In this document: positions 49,188-57,901 of the stretch, piece by piece
How positions within the stretch are numbered: position 1 is the stretch's first letter
Layout: each line of letters starts with the position of its first letter
Virus record (IMG/VR): IMGVR_UViG_3300046058_000006
Reading direction: 5' to 3' (one strand)
From: an uncultured virus (IMG/VR IMGVR_UViG_3300046058_000006)
Taxonomy: Duplodnaviria > Heunggongvirae > Uroviricota > Caudoviricetes
Length of the DNA stretch: 64,000 nt
Notes under the pieces: generated by a model
What the model was told of the DNA's origin: nothing
What the model saw: only the letters and a program-made list of their open reading frames with translations
The model's database searches: none
Position numbers and translations under genes: made by a program

Positions 49188-49318
49188 GCGCGTGGAAATC
49201 CCGCGCGCGGACACGTCAAACATGGTTTGTCAGCAACCCCACAGGGTTGCTTCGGTGTCAATGCCGCTTATCTGTTACCAAAAGCACCGGAAAGGGCCGG
49301 CCTTTTGCCGCCCTTTGT
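49188..49318 (+). ncRNA. Candidate structured ncRNA 1
   Basis: TATA at 49157; hairpins GCGCG/CGCGC, CAAAC/GTTTG, AGCAACCC/GGGTTGCT, closing GACAC/GTGTC, terminal AAAGGGC..GCCCTTT; no credible ORF. Confidence 0.55.
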
Positions 49319-49366
49319 TACGGTGTTTGGAAAAGTTTAAGTTACAAACAGCCGTTAGTAGGAAAT

Positions 49367-49428
49367 GCGCCGAAGCACACGGCGTAGCACTACAGTAAAC
49401 AGCGGGTACTTTCCTTCCACGCTGTTTT
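49367..49428 (+). ncRNA. Candidate small ncRNA 2
   Basis: TATA at 49336; hairpins GCGCCG/CGGCGT and AAACAGCG/CGCTGTTT followed by a T-run. Confidence 0.5.
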
Positions 49429-49464
49429 CGAAACGTTTAAATTACAACAAGCCATTAGTGTAAA

Positions 49465-49640
49465 TTGCCCCGTAAGGGCAACGCGGCTGTCGGTGTCAGC
49501 CGGGCCTGGATCACCCGGCGCAAGCGGGACACGCTTGCAATCCGATCATATGCGACCGGCGAATCCGTGCGGCACGACGCACGTCCGCGCCTGTAGCGCG
49601 GAAGTTATATTCGGTTCGCCGGTTAACACCTCCTTACAAT
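49465..49640 (+). ncRNA. Candidate structured ncRNA 3
   Basis: TATA at 49436; at least six stems (TTGCCC/GGGCAA, GGCTG/CAGCC, CCGGG/CCCGG, GCAAGCG/CGCTTGC, ACCGGCGAA/TTCGCCGGT, TCCGCGC/GCGCGGA); no ATG after the promoter. Confidence 0.6.
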
Positions 49641-49642
49641 CG

Positions 49643-51310
49643 TTAAGCGTCAGCTTCAGCGCCGCCGCCGTTTTCACCTTCCCCGCCTTCACCGCCCGCT
49701 TGCGCGCCTGCGATTTCCGCCAAGGTTTCGCCGTCCGCCGCTTCGATTTCCTGAAGCGCGTTTTCAAGTTCGGCGTAGTCCATGTTCAAATCCTGTTCTA
49801 CGACCTGTTCAAGCGGTAGGTAAGCGTCTACACCGCTCTGGATATAGAGCTTCCAACCCTGCATATACTTATACCAGGCTTCAGCGTCAAAGTCTTCGTC
49901 CTTCAGCGGGCTTTTCGATTGATCGGATTCGATCGCAAATTCTACACTGTCTATAAGATCTTCGCGGTCGCTGTCCGCGACGCTAACAATCCCCCGATCG
50001 ATCAAGAAGCGCGCCTTCTTCCGAAAGATACCAGTGTAGCCGTCGGAAATCCGCCGGCGAATCCGGTTAACGTCCCGGTCGAACTGTTCTACACGCGGTT
50101 CCGTAACGTCGCGGTTGATACTGTCGCCAAAGCCGACATACGCCTTCGGAACGTTAAGCCCGCCATAGATCGTATCGATGCTCATACGGATCGACGGTTC
50201 TATGTCCGGCAGTTCCGGCGTGTGCCATTCGGTTTCGACGCCGGGCGGCACGCCGAAGATACCACCTGGCGAATTATGCGCGCCGCCGCCCGATCCATCC
50301 AGGTCCGAATAGTCGGTTTCGTCGCCGCTTCGCCGCCGGTTTTCCTTCCACCCGCGCGACCCTGAAGCGCCCGACCCGCGCCCGCGCAAAGCGTTAATGA
50401 ACTGTTGCATCTGTTGGGTCGTCCATTCGATTATATCCCCGGAAGGCAGTTCGACCTGGTTGAAGCTAACGTTCGCACGCGGATGGGCGATATTTTTCAG
50501 CGCCGCGTTGTAGTCGTCGCGCCTGTTCTGTACCGCTATCGCTTCTTCCGCAACGGGTTCAACGATCGACATACCGCGAACTTGGCCGGCCTTTCCTGTA
50601 CTGCCGGCGCTGTGGTTCGGCGTGTCCGGCATGGGGTTCCGAACGATCTTGGTAACGTCGCGCTGTGAAAGCGGCACTACGTCGGCTTCAGCCTTGGACG
50701 AAGCGCGCCCCATGTTCTGAATGTAACAAGCCCATTCGCCGCGCGCATTCTGCGGCGTGCCTTCAGGCACGTTCGCCGCGTCGTCGTCCGGTCGAATCAG
50801 CCGATCGCTTTCGGGATAACAAAGAATGTCAACAGATAACGGATCGATCGACTGAAAGCCGGAAAAGTGGCTTGGATCGGTCGGGTCGTCGTACATATGT
50901 TCAAGCAATACGGTTCCGTCCAAGTCATGCGCACGCGCGTCGTACCACAACTGCGGGCCTAACGGCTTGTCGTATTCGCCGCCGTAAATAACGCATTGAT
51001 CGGCCCACTTTCGTAGCAGGTCGGTTAGGTCGTCGTCATCCGACCGAACAGTAAAGCCAGGCCGGGCGACTTCCCCGCAACGCAAATCCAGGCCGGGGTT
51101 GATGTACGGGTTTTCCCGGTACAGCCGCCGGTATAGCTGTATCTGGTTACGATCGGGGGAACTGCGTTCGTAGCCGCCGGCGCTGAAGCCGCCGAACCCT
51201 GAAGTCGTAGTTTGTGGGTCGGGAATGTCGCCCAAGAAATCCGGGCGGTCGCCGTCGCTTAGTGCAAGCGCGGCTTTTGTAATGTCGCGCGCGTCGCTAT
51301 ATAAGCTCAT
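49643..51310 (-). CDS. Portal protein
   Basis: YRRLYRENPY, DGTVLLE, RGMSIVE, GLNVP..G; between TerL and gpF-like genes. Confidence 0.9.
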   Translation of the reverse strand: MSLYSDARDITKAALALSDGDRPDFLGDIPDPQTTTSGFGGFSAGGYERSSPDRNQIQLYRRLYRENPYINPGLDLRCGEVARPGFTVRSDDDDLTDLLRKWADQCVIYGGEYDKPLGPQLWYDARAHDLDGTVLLEHMYDDPTDPSHFSGFQSIDPLSVDILCYPESDRLIRPDDDAANVPEGTPQNARGEWACYIQNMGRASSKAEADVVPLSQRDVTKIVRNPMPDTPNHSAGSTGKAGQVRGMSIVEPVAEEAIAVQNRRDDYNAALKNIAHPRANVSFNQVELPSGDIIEWTTQQMQQFINALRGRGSGASGSRGWKENRRRSGDETDYSDLDGSGGGAHNSPGGIFGVPPGVETEWHTPELPDIEPSIRMSIDTIYGGLNVPKAYVGFGDSINRDVTEPRVEQFDRDVNRIRRRISDGYTGIFRKKARFLIDRGIVSVADSDREDLIDSVEFAIESDQSKSPLKDEDFDAEAWYKYMQGWKLYIQSGVDAYLPLEQVVEQDLNMDYAELENALQEIEAADGETLAEIAGAQAGGEGGEGENGGGAEADA

Positions 51311-51472
51311 ATGGTTATATTCTTTTTTATTACGTCGCGGTGTAAAAACATGAGCACGCGGGCCTACAAGCGCGTATCACTTTTCCGACAAGCGCTAACT
51401 GAAGCGGCGGCTTCAGTTTGTATCAGAACCGCGACGGTTATAGCCCCTGGATTCAGCGCCGGCTGAAAGTCG

Positions 51473-51507
51473 CCCCTATTGTAGAAGGGACTGAAATGTT
51501 TTTTAGG
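51473..51507 (+). repeat. Dispersed element copy 4, invariant 35-bp core
   Basis: Exact core; element spans about 51374-51660. Confidence 0.95.
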
Positions 51508-51665
51508 ACAGAAATCGCTTCTACCGCCCGATTAGAAATCGGGGGTCTGAAGCCGCCCGCAAATCAGCGCTGATTGTACGAACCGTACAACCCCTGTGTC
51601 TAAGTTTTCTGACACCGAAAACAGCCGCAAAAATCGGTTCCCAAGCCGGGCGCTTGTCGCCCGGC

Positions 51666-52094
51666 TTACATTAGTCGTTTCGCCGATCGGAACCACTTAC
51701 GGAACGCGCGGCTTTCGTTTTCGTAGTGTTTACGCCCGCTACACAACCGGGAAATCACGGCCAGCGAAACGCCGCCGCGCGGTCCTAAGATCAAGTGGGC
51801 GCTGTCAGACCCTAATTCGCCTTCATTATGCCATTTCGTTTCGGATCGCACGAACAGGCTAAGGCGGTCGCCGTTACGCCCGTCTAAGGGGTCTAAGTCG
51901 ATTTCAAACTGTAGCCGGGTCGGTTTTTCGGGCGTGTTCCGGCGATCTTCAGCGCGCCGAACAGCGGCGACGGCAGAACGAACGCGCCGGCGCTGTGTAG
52001 GCGTCGCGTCAGCGGCTTCTAACGCGCCGCGAATGTGGTCGGGTAGCTGTTCTTCGCGCATTTCTTCGGCCAGGGGCGCGCTTCGTTGTGCCAT
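51666..52094 (-). CDS. Hypothetical protein
   Basis: Class promoter 33 nt upstream of ATG 52094; GPRGG motif. Confidence 0.75.
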   Translation of the reverse strand: MAQRSAPLAEEMREEQLPDHIRGALEAADATPTQRRRVRSAVAAVRRAEDRRNTPEKPTRLQFEIDLDPLDGRNGDRLSLFVRSETKWHNEGELGSDSAHLILGPRGGVSLAVISRLCSGRKHYENESRAFRKWFRSAKRLM

Positions 52095-52189
52095 TGCATT
52101 TAGCACGAACAGCGGTATACACATAAGTCTTTCACATTAGGCCATACACTTACGCAAAGGGTTATGAAGCGGGCAGTGCTACGCCAGGT

Positions 52190-52846
52190 ATGGGACAGCT
52201 AACTGATAGCGCCCCTGAAGAACAGGCAAAGGTGTTCCTGTCCGCATGGCTACAGCGCGAAGGCGCGGCTGTGTTTTGGGAAGAAAACACCGAATGGCCG
52301 TTCCCGACCTTCAGCGTGTCCGGTACAGGCGGACGAAAACCCGACTTGGTTGCTTCGACGCAGGCCGGAAAAACAATCGCGTTAGAAGTGAAAAGCGGCT
52401 ACAATACAAGCGGGCCGATTACCGGGTTGATCCAGGCGTTCGGCTACTGGCGCGACTATTCGACCCGGAAAGCGAACTACAACCTGCCGAACCGCATGGG
52501 CGATAATCACAAGATCGACGTGTTCGCGGTAGCGACGCAGTACGCGAAACAAGGCGCGGCCTTTTGCCCGGATGGGAACCGCGATTCTATCCGCGACGAT
52601 TATGCGTCAGACGAAAGAACTTGGCGAAACACGCCGGATCAAGAGCACAACTGTAGCCTTGTGCTTCGCATGACAGCCGCGCGGCTTATCCGCGACCTAT
52701 ACGGCTACGAAAACCTGCCGGACGGCGCGCCAGGCTTCGGCCTGTTGCTGTCTGACGCCTTGGACGACCGAAGCGGCGATACAGTGCGCCCATGGGTATG
52801 CTACTACGACGAAAGCTTTGACAATTGGGAACCTGTGGTAGAATGA
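52190..52846 (+). CDS. PD-(D/E)xK restriction-endonuclease-like nuclease
   Basis: E....KPDLV..IALEVK...QAFGY. Confidence 0.75.
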   Translation: MGQLTDSAPEEQAKVFLSAWLQREGAAVFWEENTEWPFPTFSVSGTGGRKPDLVASTQAGKTIALEVKSGYNTSGPITGLIQAFGYWRDYSTRKANYNLPNRMGDNHKIDVFAVATQYAKQGAAFCPDGNRDSIRDDYASDERTWRNTPDQEHNCSLVLRMTAARLIRDLYGYENLPDGAPGFGLLLSDALDDRSGDTVRPWVCYYDESFDNWEPVVE

Positions 52847-53100
52847 ACCGCAAGAAAGTGCCGGATCGCCTGGTAAGCGACGACTTCCGTTTTGACGGAC
52901 AAACAATCAGCGAAATGGGGTATAACATCTACCAGTTCGGCGATTATGTGCGAATCGTACCGAACGATTCAAACAGCAATTGGGACAGCCGAAACGAAAT
53001 GGGAACTGTGTGCCGGATCATGGCACAGTTTGACTATATAATGGTACACGCTAACAGCAATCGTATGGTCTTTTCGCCCGAAACTGTTGCGCTGTTCTAA
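52843..53100 (+). CDS. Hypothetical protein
   Basis: Overlap-coupled with the nuclease gene. Confidence 0.6.
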   Translation: MNRKKVPDRLVSDDFRFDGQTISEMGYNIYQFGDYVRIVPNDSNSNWDSRNEMGTVCRIMAQFDYIMVHANSNRMVFSPETVALF

Positions 53101-54584
53101 CCGACTACTGGCGCGACGCTATCCGGCCTGTGCGGCCGGGAAGTCGGCGCGTTGCCCCCGGCCGCATAGCACGCGATTGCAAGCGCGTCCGGTATATCGT
53201 CGCCGCGCTTTTCGTCCCTGTGGTCTACTTTGACGTAGCCGCTTGGCGTGTGACTAAATTCCAAGTCCGTTAGCTGTTCGATTAGCTTCGTGTGATCCGG
53301 TAGGGTTAGACTGCCTTCGTCAATCCGGCGCTTCAGCAGGTTGTAGTATTCGCTTTTCGTTTTCAGGGTTGACTTTATTTCGCCAATGTTTGTCACGCCA
53401 TAATCAGCGGCAAAGTCAACAGCGCCGCCGCCGATTACGTTGCTTTCGATATAGATTTCTTCGGGGCCAAAGTCGCGGTTCATAGCGTTCGCCATGCCGA
53501 CTATTTCTTTCGTATCGTTTTCAGGCATGACCTGGTAGACGTTTACCGTACCCTTTTCGTCTACAAGCACGCCTGCGGTTTCGTCTTTGCCGCCGCGTGC
53601 TGGATCAATGCCGCCGAAGCACGCTATGCCTTCGGGCGCGAACTGCGGTAGGTCGTCGCGGACACATTCTTTTGCGTCGCGGTGTTTAATGAATACGTCG
53701 CCTTCGTCCGTAAAGATCGCCAGGTATTCCTTTTCGAAGGAAAGCGTATCCAAGCTTTCGCGCTTGTCTTGGACGAACGAATCCGCGACCATAGGGTTGA
53801 TCGTAGTCGGCCAGTGAAACCGAAACCAGTCACTATCATCTTCGCGTGCGTCGTTACATTTCCTGTAGAAATAGCCGCTCTTACCGTTCGTAGTCGAATA
53901 CAAATAAAATTCAGTCGTGTCCGGCCTATCTTCAAAGCCGTCAATGTGGGAAACGTCGCCGGTAAATTCCCCAAACATCGGTTCTATGACTTCCGTAAGG
54001 ATGGATTCTTTTTTATTGAACGCGGCTTCGTCGAAAATTATGATTTGCGGCCCTAAGCCCCGTATCTGACTGCCGTCGTCGCCGGTCGTCTGACTGATAA
54101 TCCGCGCGCCGCTGTCAAATTCGTACATCGTTTTATTGTCCGTTTCGATGCCGAAAAATTCCTTTACGGACATACCGAACCGATCCGGCCAGGGGCTTTC
54201 GTAGTACCAGGCCGTCGCCGCTTGCATCATTTCGTCCGCCGTTGACTGATACGGCGCGGTGATCAACGTATCTTCGCCGTGTGCGGGCTTCAGCGGCGCG
54301 TCAGCCGCGATTAGCGACCCGCAAAACGTTTTACCGCCGCGCCTGCCGATCGGCGACGCGCTTTTCGTGTGTTTATTCCATGCGTTAACGTCTAACATTT
54401 TACGCTGGTAGTCGAACAGCGTCGGACCGAACAGCATTTCTACGCGCTTCGAACGCGGTAGTTTGCTAACGTTCTTCAGGAAATCAGCCGGCGACTGTTC
54501 TGCCGGTTCAAGCTGAATATCTTTAACTTTCGTTACGTAGTCTAACAGCTCATCCGAATCCGGCAGGTCGTCTTTAGTAGGCAT
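53097..54584 (-). CDS. terL: Terminase large subunit
   Basis: LFDYQ, GRRGGKT Walker A, IIFDEAA Walker B, STTNG, GIDPARGGKD RNase H-like nuclease, DDIPDALA. Confidence 0.97.
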   Translation of the reverse strand: MPTKDDLPDSDELLDYVTKVKDIQLEPAEQSPADFLKNVSKLPRSKRVEMLFGPTLFDYQRKMLDVNAWNKHTKSASPIGRRGGKTFCGSLIAADAPLKPAHGEDTLITAPYQSTADEMMQAATAWYYESPWPDRFGMSVKEFFGIETDNKTMYEFDSGARIISQTTGDDGSQIRGLGPQIIIFDEAAFNKKESILTEVIEPMFGEFTGDVSHIDGFEDRPDTTEFYLYSTTNGKSGYFYRKCNDAREDDSDWFRFHWPTTINPMVADSFVQDKRESLDTLSFEKEYLAIFTDEGDVFIKHRDAKECVRDDLPQFAPEGIACFGGIDPARGGKDETAGVLVDEKGTVNVYQVMPENDTKEIVGMANAMNRDFGPEEIYIESNVIGGGAVDFAADYGVTNIGEIKSTLKTKSEYYNLLKRRIDEGSLTLPDHTKLIEQLTDLEFSHTPSGYVKVDHRDEKRGDDIPDALAIACYAAGGNAPTSRPHRPDSVAPVVG

Positions 54585-54651
54585 ATGTAAGCTTAGTCAA
54601 AAAGATCGCAAAAACCTTTACTAAGACCGCCCGAAGGCGCGCTAACTAAAC

Positions 54652-55188
54652 CTACAGTTCCGAAAAGTCCGCGTCTATTACATCGTCGTCCGCGTCCCAA
54701 GTGTCGCTAACGCTTTGTCCCTGAAGCGCGTTCGCGGTCTTGGTTTGCGGGTCGTTCAACAGACCAAGCTTTTTCATGCGATTTATCACGCTTTCGTTTT
54801 GCGCGCGGACGGTTTCAAGAAGCACGTTCGGGATTTCTTCAATAAATAGTTCCCCTTCTTGTAGGTTTTCGCGTTCCTGCGTTATTCCTTCGCGCTTGAT
54901 GTACCGATAGGCGTTCGGGATTTGCTCTAAATCAATGGCGATAGCCCGCAAGACCTGTTTTGCGAACATATCCGGGTCGCGGCCATTGATCCGACGGTAG
55001 CGATCGGCCAGGTCCTTTTCCATCCGGTCGATAAAGTCCGTATCCGTCTTGGGAAAGTTGTGGTAGTAGTTTTCCCTGTCAGCGTATAGCCCGTGCTTGG
55101 TCGCGTTCTGGTTTCCGACCGGCGCGCCGCGTTTTTCGGCTTCAGCGCGGTCGCTGTTCGCTTCGTCTTTCGTTCGATCGTTTCCCAT
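54652..55188 (-). CDS. terS: Terminase small subunit
   Basis: GAPVGNQNATKHGLY motif; directly upstream of TerL. Confidence 0.85.
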   Translation of the reverse strand: MGNDRTKDEANSDRAEAEKRGAPVGNQNATKHGLYADRENYYHNFPKTDTDFIDRMEKDLADRYRRINGRDPDMFAKQVLRAIAIDLEQIPNAYRYIKREGITQERENLQEGELFIEEIPNVLLETVRAQNESVINRMKKLGLLNDPQTKTANALQGQSVSDTWDADDDVIDADFSEL

Positions 55189-55211
55189 ACGCCTTTTAGT
55201 ACCTTCGCCGG

Positions 55212-56597
55212 CTAAAAGGCCGGGAAGTCACCGGGGAACGCGCGGAACGGAACCTGGCTTTGGGCGCGCAAGAATCCAAGTTCCGGCTGTGGTACATCCA
55301 GGCCTTCAGGGTAGACGACCATGCCGATAGCGTCTTGGGAATGACCCGCGTACAGCAGGGCTTGGCTAACGCTTTCGCGCAAGACGCTTTCGGCGTCGTC
55401 TTCAGCTTCGATCATTAACACGCCCAAGTTAGTGTCAACCACTACGTCCGGTTCGCGGCCGCTTTTCAACCGCGGTTCGATTAGCACCTTATCAGACCCG
55501 TACCGTTCTTCGAACGCGCGCGCGACCTGGTTAATCAGCGCGCGGTCGCTTGGCGGTCGCATATCGCCGGGGGCATCGTCGTCGCCTTCGCCGCCGTCGT
55601 CCGGTTCGTCGCCTTCAGGCGAATCGTCCGGCGATTCGCCAGGGTCGCCGGGTTCGTTTGGCATATCGCCGCGTTCGGGCGCGGCCAGCGCGGTCACACC
55701 TAACTGTTCTTCGATGTTTCCAAGCTTGTCAGCGATCGAAACGCGCTGTGAACCGCTGAAAACGTGTCCGATCAAACTTGGCCGGCCGCTGTCCGGGTTC
55801 GTAAGCAACGGCGCGCCACTATCGCCGCCTTTGCTTTGTGCGGTCGTTACAAGCACGTCACGGCGTCGGACGTTTTCGTGGGCGTCGCCATAGCTAACGT
55901 CAACAGTCGCGTTTGTCGCGGTCACACGCCCGTCTGTTAGGCCTGTAGTCCGTCCGGTCTTTTGCACGCTGTCGCCGCGCATGACCGACCCGCCAGCTTG
56001 CATCGGACCGACGCCGTGCGGCAGGTACGCCCTTTGGCTTCGGCGTTCGCTTTCGCTTACAGACCGTGCGGCCGCGTCAGCCGGCGATCCATCTTCCAAC
56101 AGCGAACCGCCCACGTATTCCCCCACAGTGCCGTCTGAATCACCGTCGATAGGCGACGGCTGTACGATCGGTTCGCCGACTTCAGCGTTTTCAGATCGCC
56201 CATAGACGTGCTGGTTAGACACACGTACCACCTGGCCGGCGTCAGCGTTCAAGCCGATTTCAGCGGCACTTGGGTCGGTTACACGCGCCATGAAGCCGGC
56301 AGTCGCCGCGCCGCCGCTGGCGTTCATTTCCGAAACGCCAGGTCGAACGGGCCGGTAGCGCCGTCGCGGGCTTTCAAGCCGGGCGCGCACGTCGTTGCCA
56401 AGCGCGCTAACGTCGTTGACTTCAACCACGTCGGTATCAGCGTCGATACGTTCGCGCGCCAGTTTGCCCGACTTGATTTCATCTTCAGGTAGCTTTTCTT
56501 CGACCAAGACCACTACCTGTTCATCTTCGGCGCTTACGCCGCGCACACCGTCGTCCGAAAGGATAAATTCGTAATTCCGCGTGCTTCCACAGGACAT
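55212..56597 (-). CDS. Nal1-like trypsin-fold serine protease fused to a restriction-endonuclease-like domain
   Basis: Triad SNQHV / ADAA / GGDSGA, KTGRTTGLT; Pro/Asp linker; C-terminal EP..SGREPDVV..IEAE..QALLY. Confidence 0.8.
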   Translation of the reverse strand: MSCGSTRNYEFILSDDGVRGVSAEDEQVVVLVEEKLPEDEIKSGKLARERIDADTDVVEVNDVSALGNDVRARLESPRRRYRPVRPGVSEMNASGGAATAGFMARVTDPSAAEIGLNADAGQVVRVSNQHVYGRSENAEVGEPIVQPSPIDGDSDGTVGEYVGGSLLEDGSPADAAARSVSESERRSQRAYLPHGVGPMQAGGSVMRGDSVQKTGRTTGLTDGRVTATNATVDVSYGDAHENVRRRDVLVTTAQSKGGDSGAPLLTNPDSGRPSLIGHVFSGSQRVSIADKLGNIEEQLGVTALAAPERGDMPNEPGDPGESPDDSPEGDEPDDGGEGDDDAPGDMRPPSDRALINQVARAFEERYGSDKVLIEPRLKSGREPDVVVDTNLGVLMIEAEDDAESVLRESVSQALLYAGHSQDAIGMVVYPEGLDVPQPELGFLRAQSQVPFRAFPGDFPAF

Positions 56598-56619
56598 ATA
56601 GTATATACGACGCCCGCTT

Positions 56620-57901
56620 CTATAAATTTAGGGCCAAAATCACTGTTGTAGAAATGAACAGCAGTAACAGGCCGCTGAAAAAGCCGGCCTTGAACCATTC
56701 GCGGCGATCCAGCGCGGTTAGTATCCATCGAACCAGTGTCGCGCTGTGAACCAGGATAACGACCATAAGAATGTATGCGGCGATTCGTATTCCCAAGTCG
56801 GTCATATCAGCCCTTCCGTCCGAAGCACTACCAGGATAACTTTACCGGATACATACGAAATTACAAGCGTAGCGCCGATAATCCCGATCCAGGTTTGCTG
56901 TTCGGGCGTCGTTCGTTTGATAGCTTCGGCTATGGCAACGACTAACAAAACTGTTCCTACCAGGAACGTAAAGCCGATCGCCAAAGCAACCAGTTCTGAA
57001 ATCATATGTTTACCCCACTGTCGCGTAGCAGGTGTAGCGTCGCTTTACCCATTACGAACACGAACAGGGTAGCTATGAAACCCGCCCATATACGCCAGGC
57101 TTGATCATGCGTCAGACTGTTTTCTAAGATTGTCGCTAACTGAATCAGCGGCACAAAAGACACAAAGAATAGCTGTAGCACGAACACGCCCATTAGAAGC
57201 GCGGCCAGTAGTTCGTTCATGTTGCACCTGCCGCTTGTAGTATCGTCGCGCCGGTCATGTAACAGATAACCAGCGCCAGGGTAAGGACAGTTCCCCAAAA
57301 CGCCTGTCTATCCGACGCCTTATCATTCAGGTAGCCAACTAACTTCATAAACCCGAAGCCAGCTACAATCAGCCCGAACCATACGACGAAACCAGCGCCT
57401 ATAGCCGCCGCGCCGAAGGCAAAGGCGTTCATGCGTTTTCAGTCACCCATGCGATAGCGTCAGCGCCTATCGACTGTGCCGACCACAGCAGTACCACGAA
57501 TACGATCAACCAAAAGAAATCTTCGCGGTGATCCGAAAACGTCTGACTGTGTTCATCCAGCAGGTCTACCAGTTCCGCTAACAGTAGCCCGCCCGCACAC
57601 ACTGCGGCCAGCACGCCGATGCCAGCGGCCAGGTTCAACAGGGTCGTTACCACGTCGATCATGGCAAAGCCCCCGAAGCGACCGCGTTAGCCAGTTCAAG
57701 CGTTAGCTGTCCCATGAACCAGGCACAAATCAGCCCGAACACAAGCACGCCGAACAGGACGGGATAATCCAGCAGGGTTCTGTATTTCATCGGAACGCGG
57801 CTTTCAGCCATGATCAACAGTTCGCCGCTAATCACACCCAAAGCGACGATTATACCTATGACCAAGACGCCCAAGACGACTGTTAGAAGCGCCTGGATCA
57901 T
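56620..57901 (-). CDS. Array of six small 2-TM membrane protein genes (57659-57901, 57429-57662, 57217-57432, 57002-57220, 56802-57005, 56620-56805)
   Basis: Each 61-80 aa with two hydrophobic helices; all chained by ATGA overlaps. Confidence 0.8.

Noticed and set aside
49186..49398. 70-aa ORF after a TATA box
   Set aside because: Basic, non-halophilic composition, and it runs through hairpins and a second promoter; an ncRNA reading fits better.
49150..49640. tRNA genes
   Set aside because: No cloverleaf with TTCRA T-loop and acceptor stem could be built by eye.
2387..51507. CRISPR array
   Set aside because: The four identical cores are 10-22 kb apart with no repeat-spacer periodicity and no cas genes; reported only as solitary elements.
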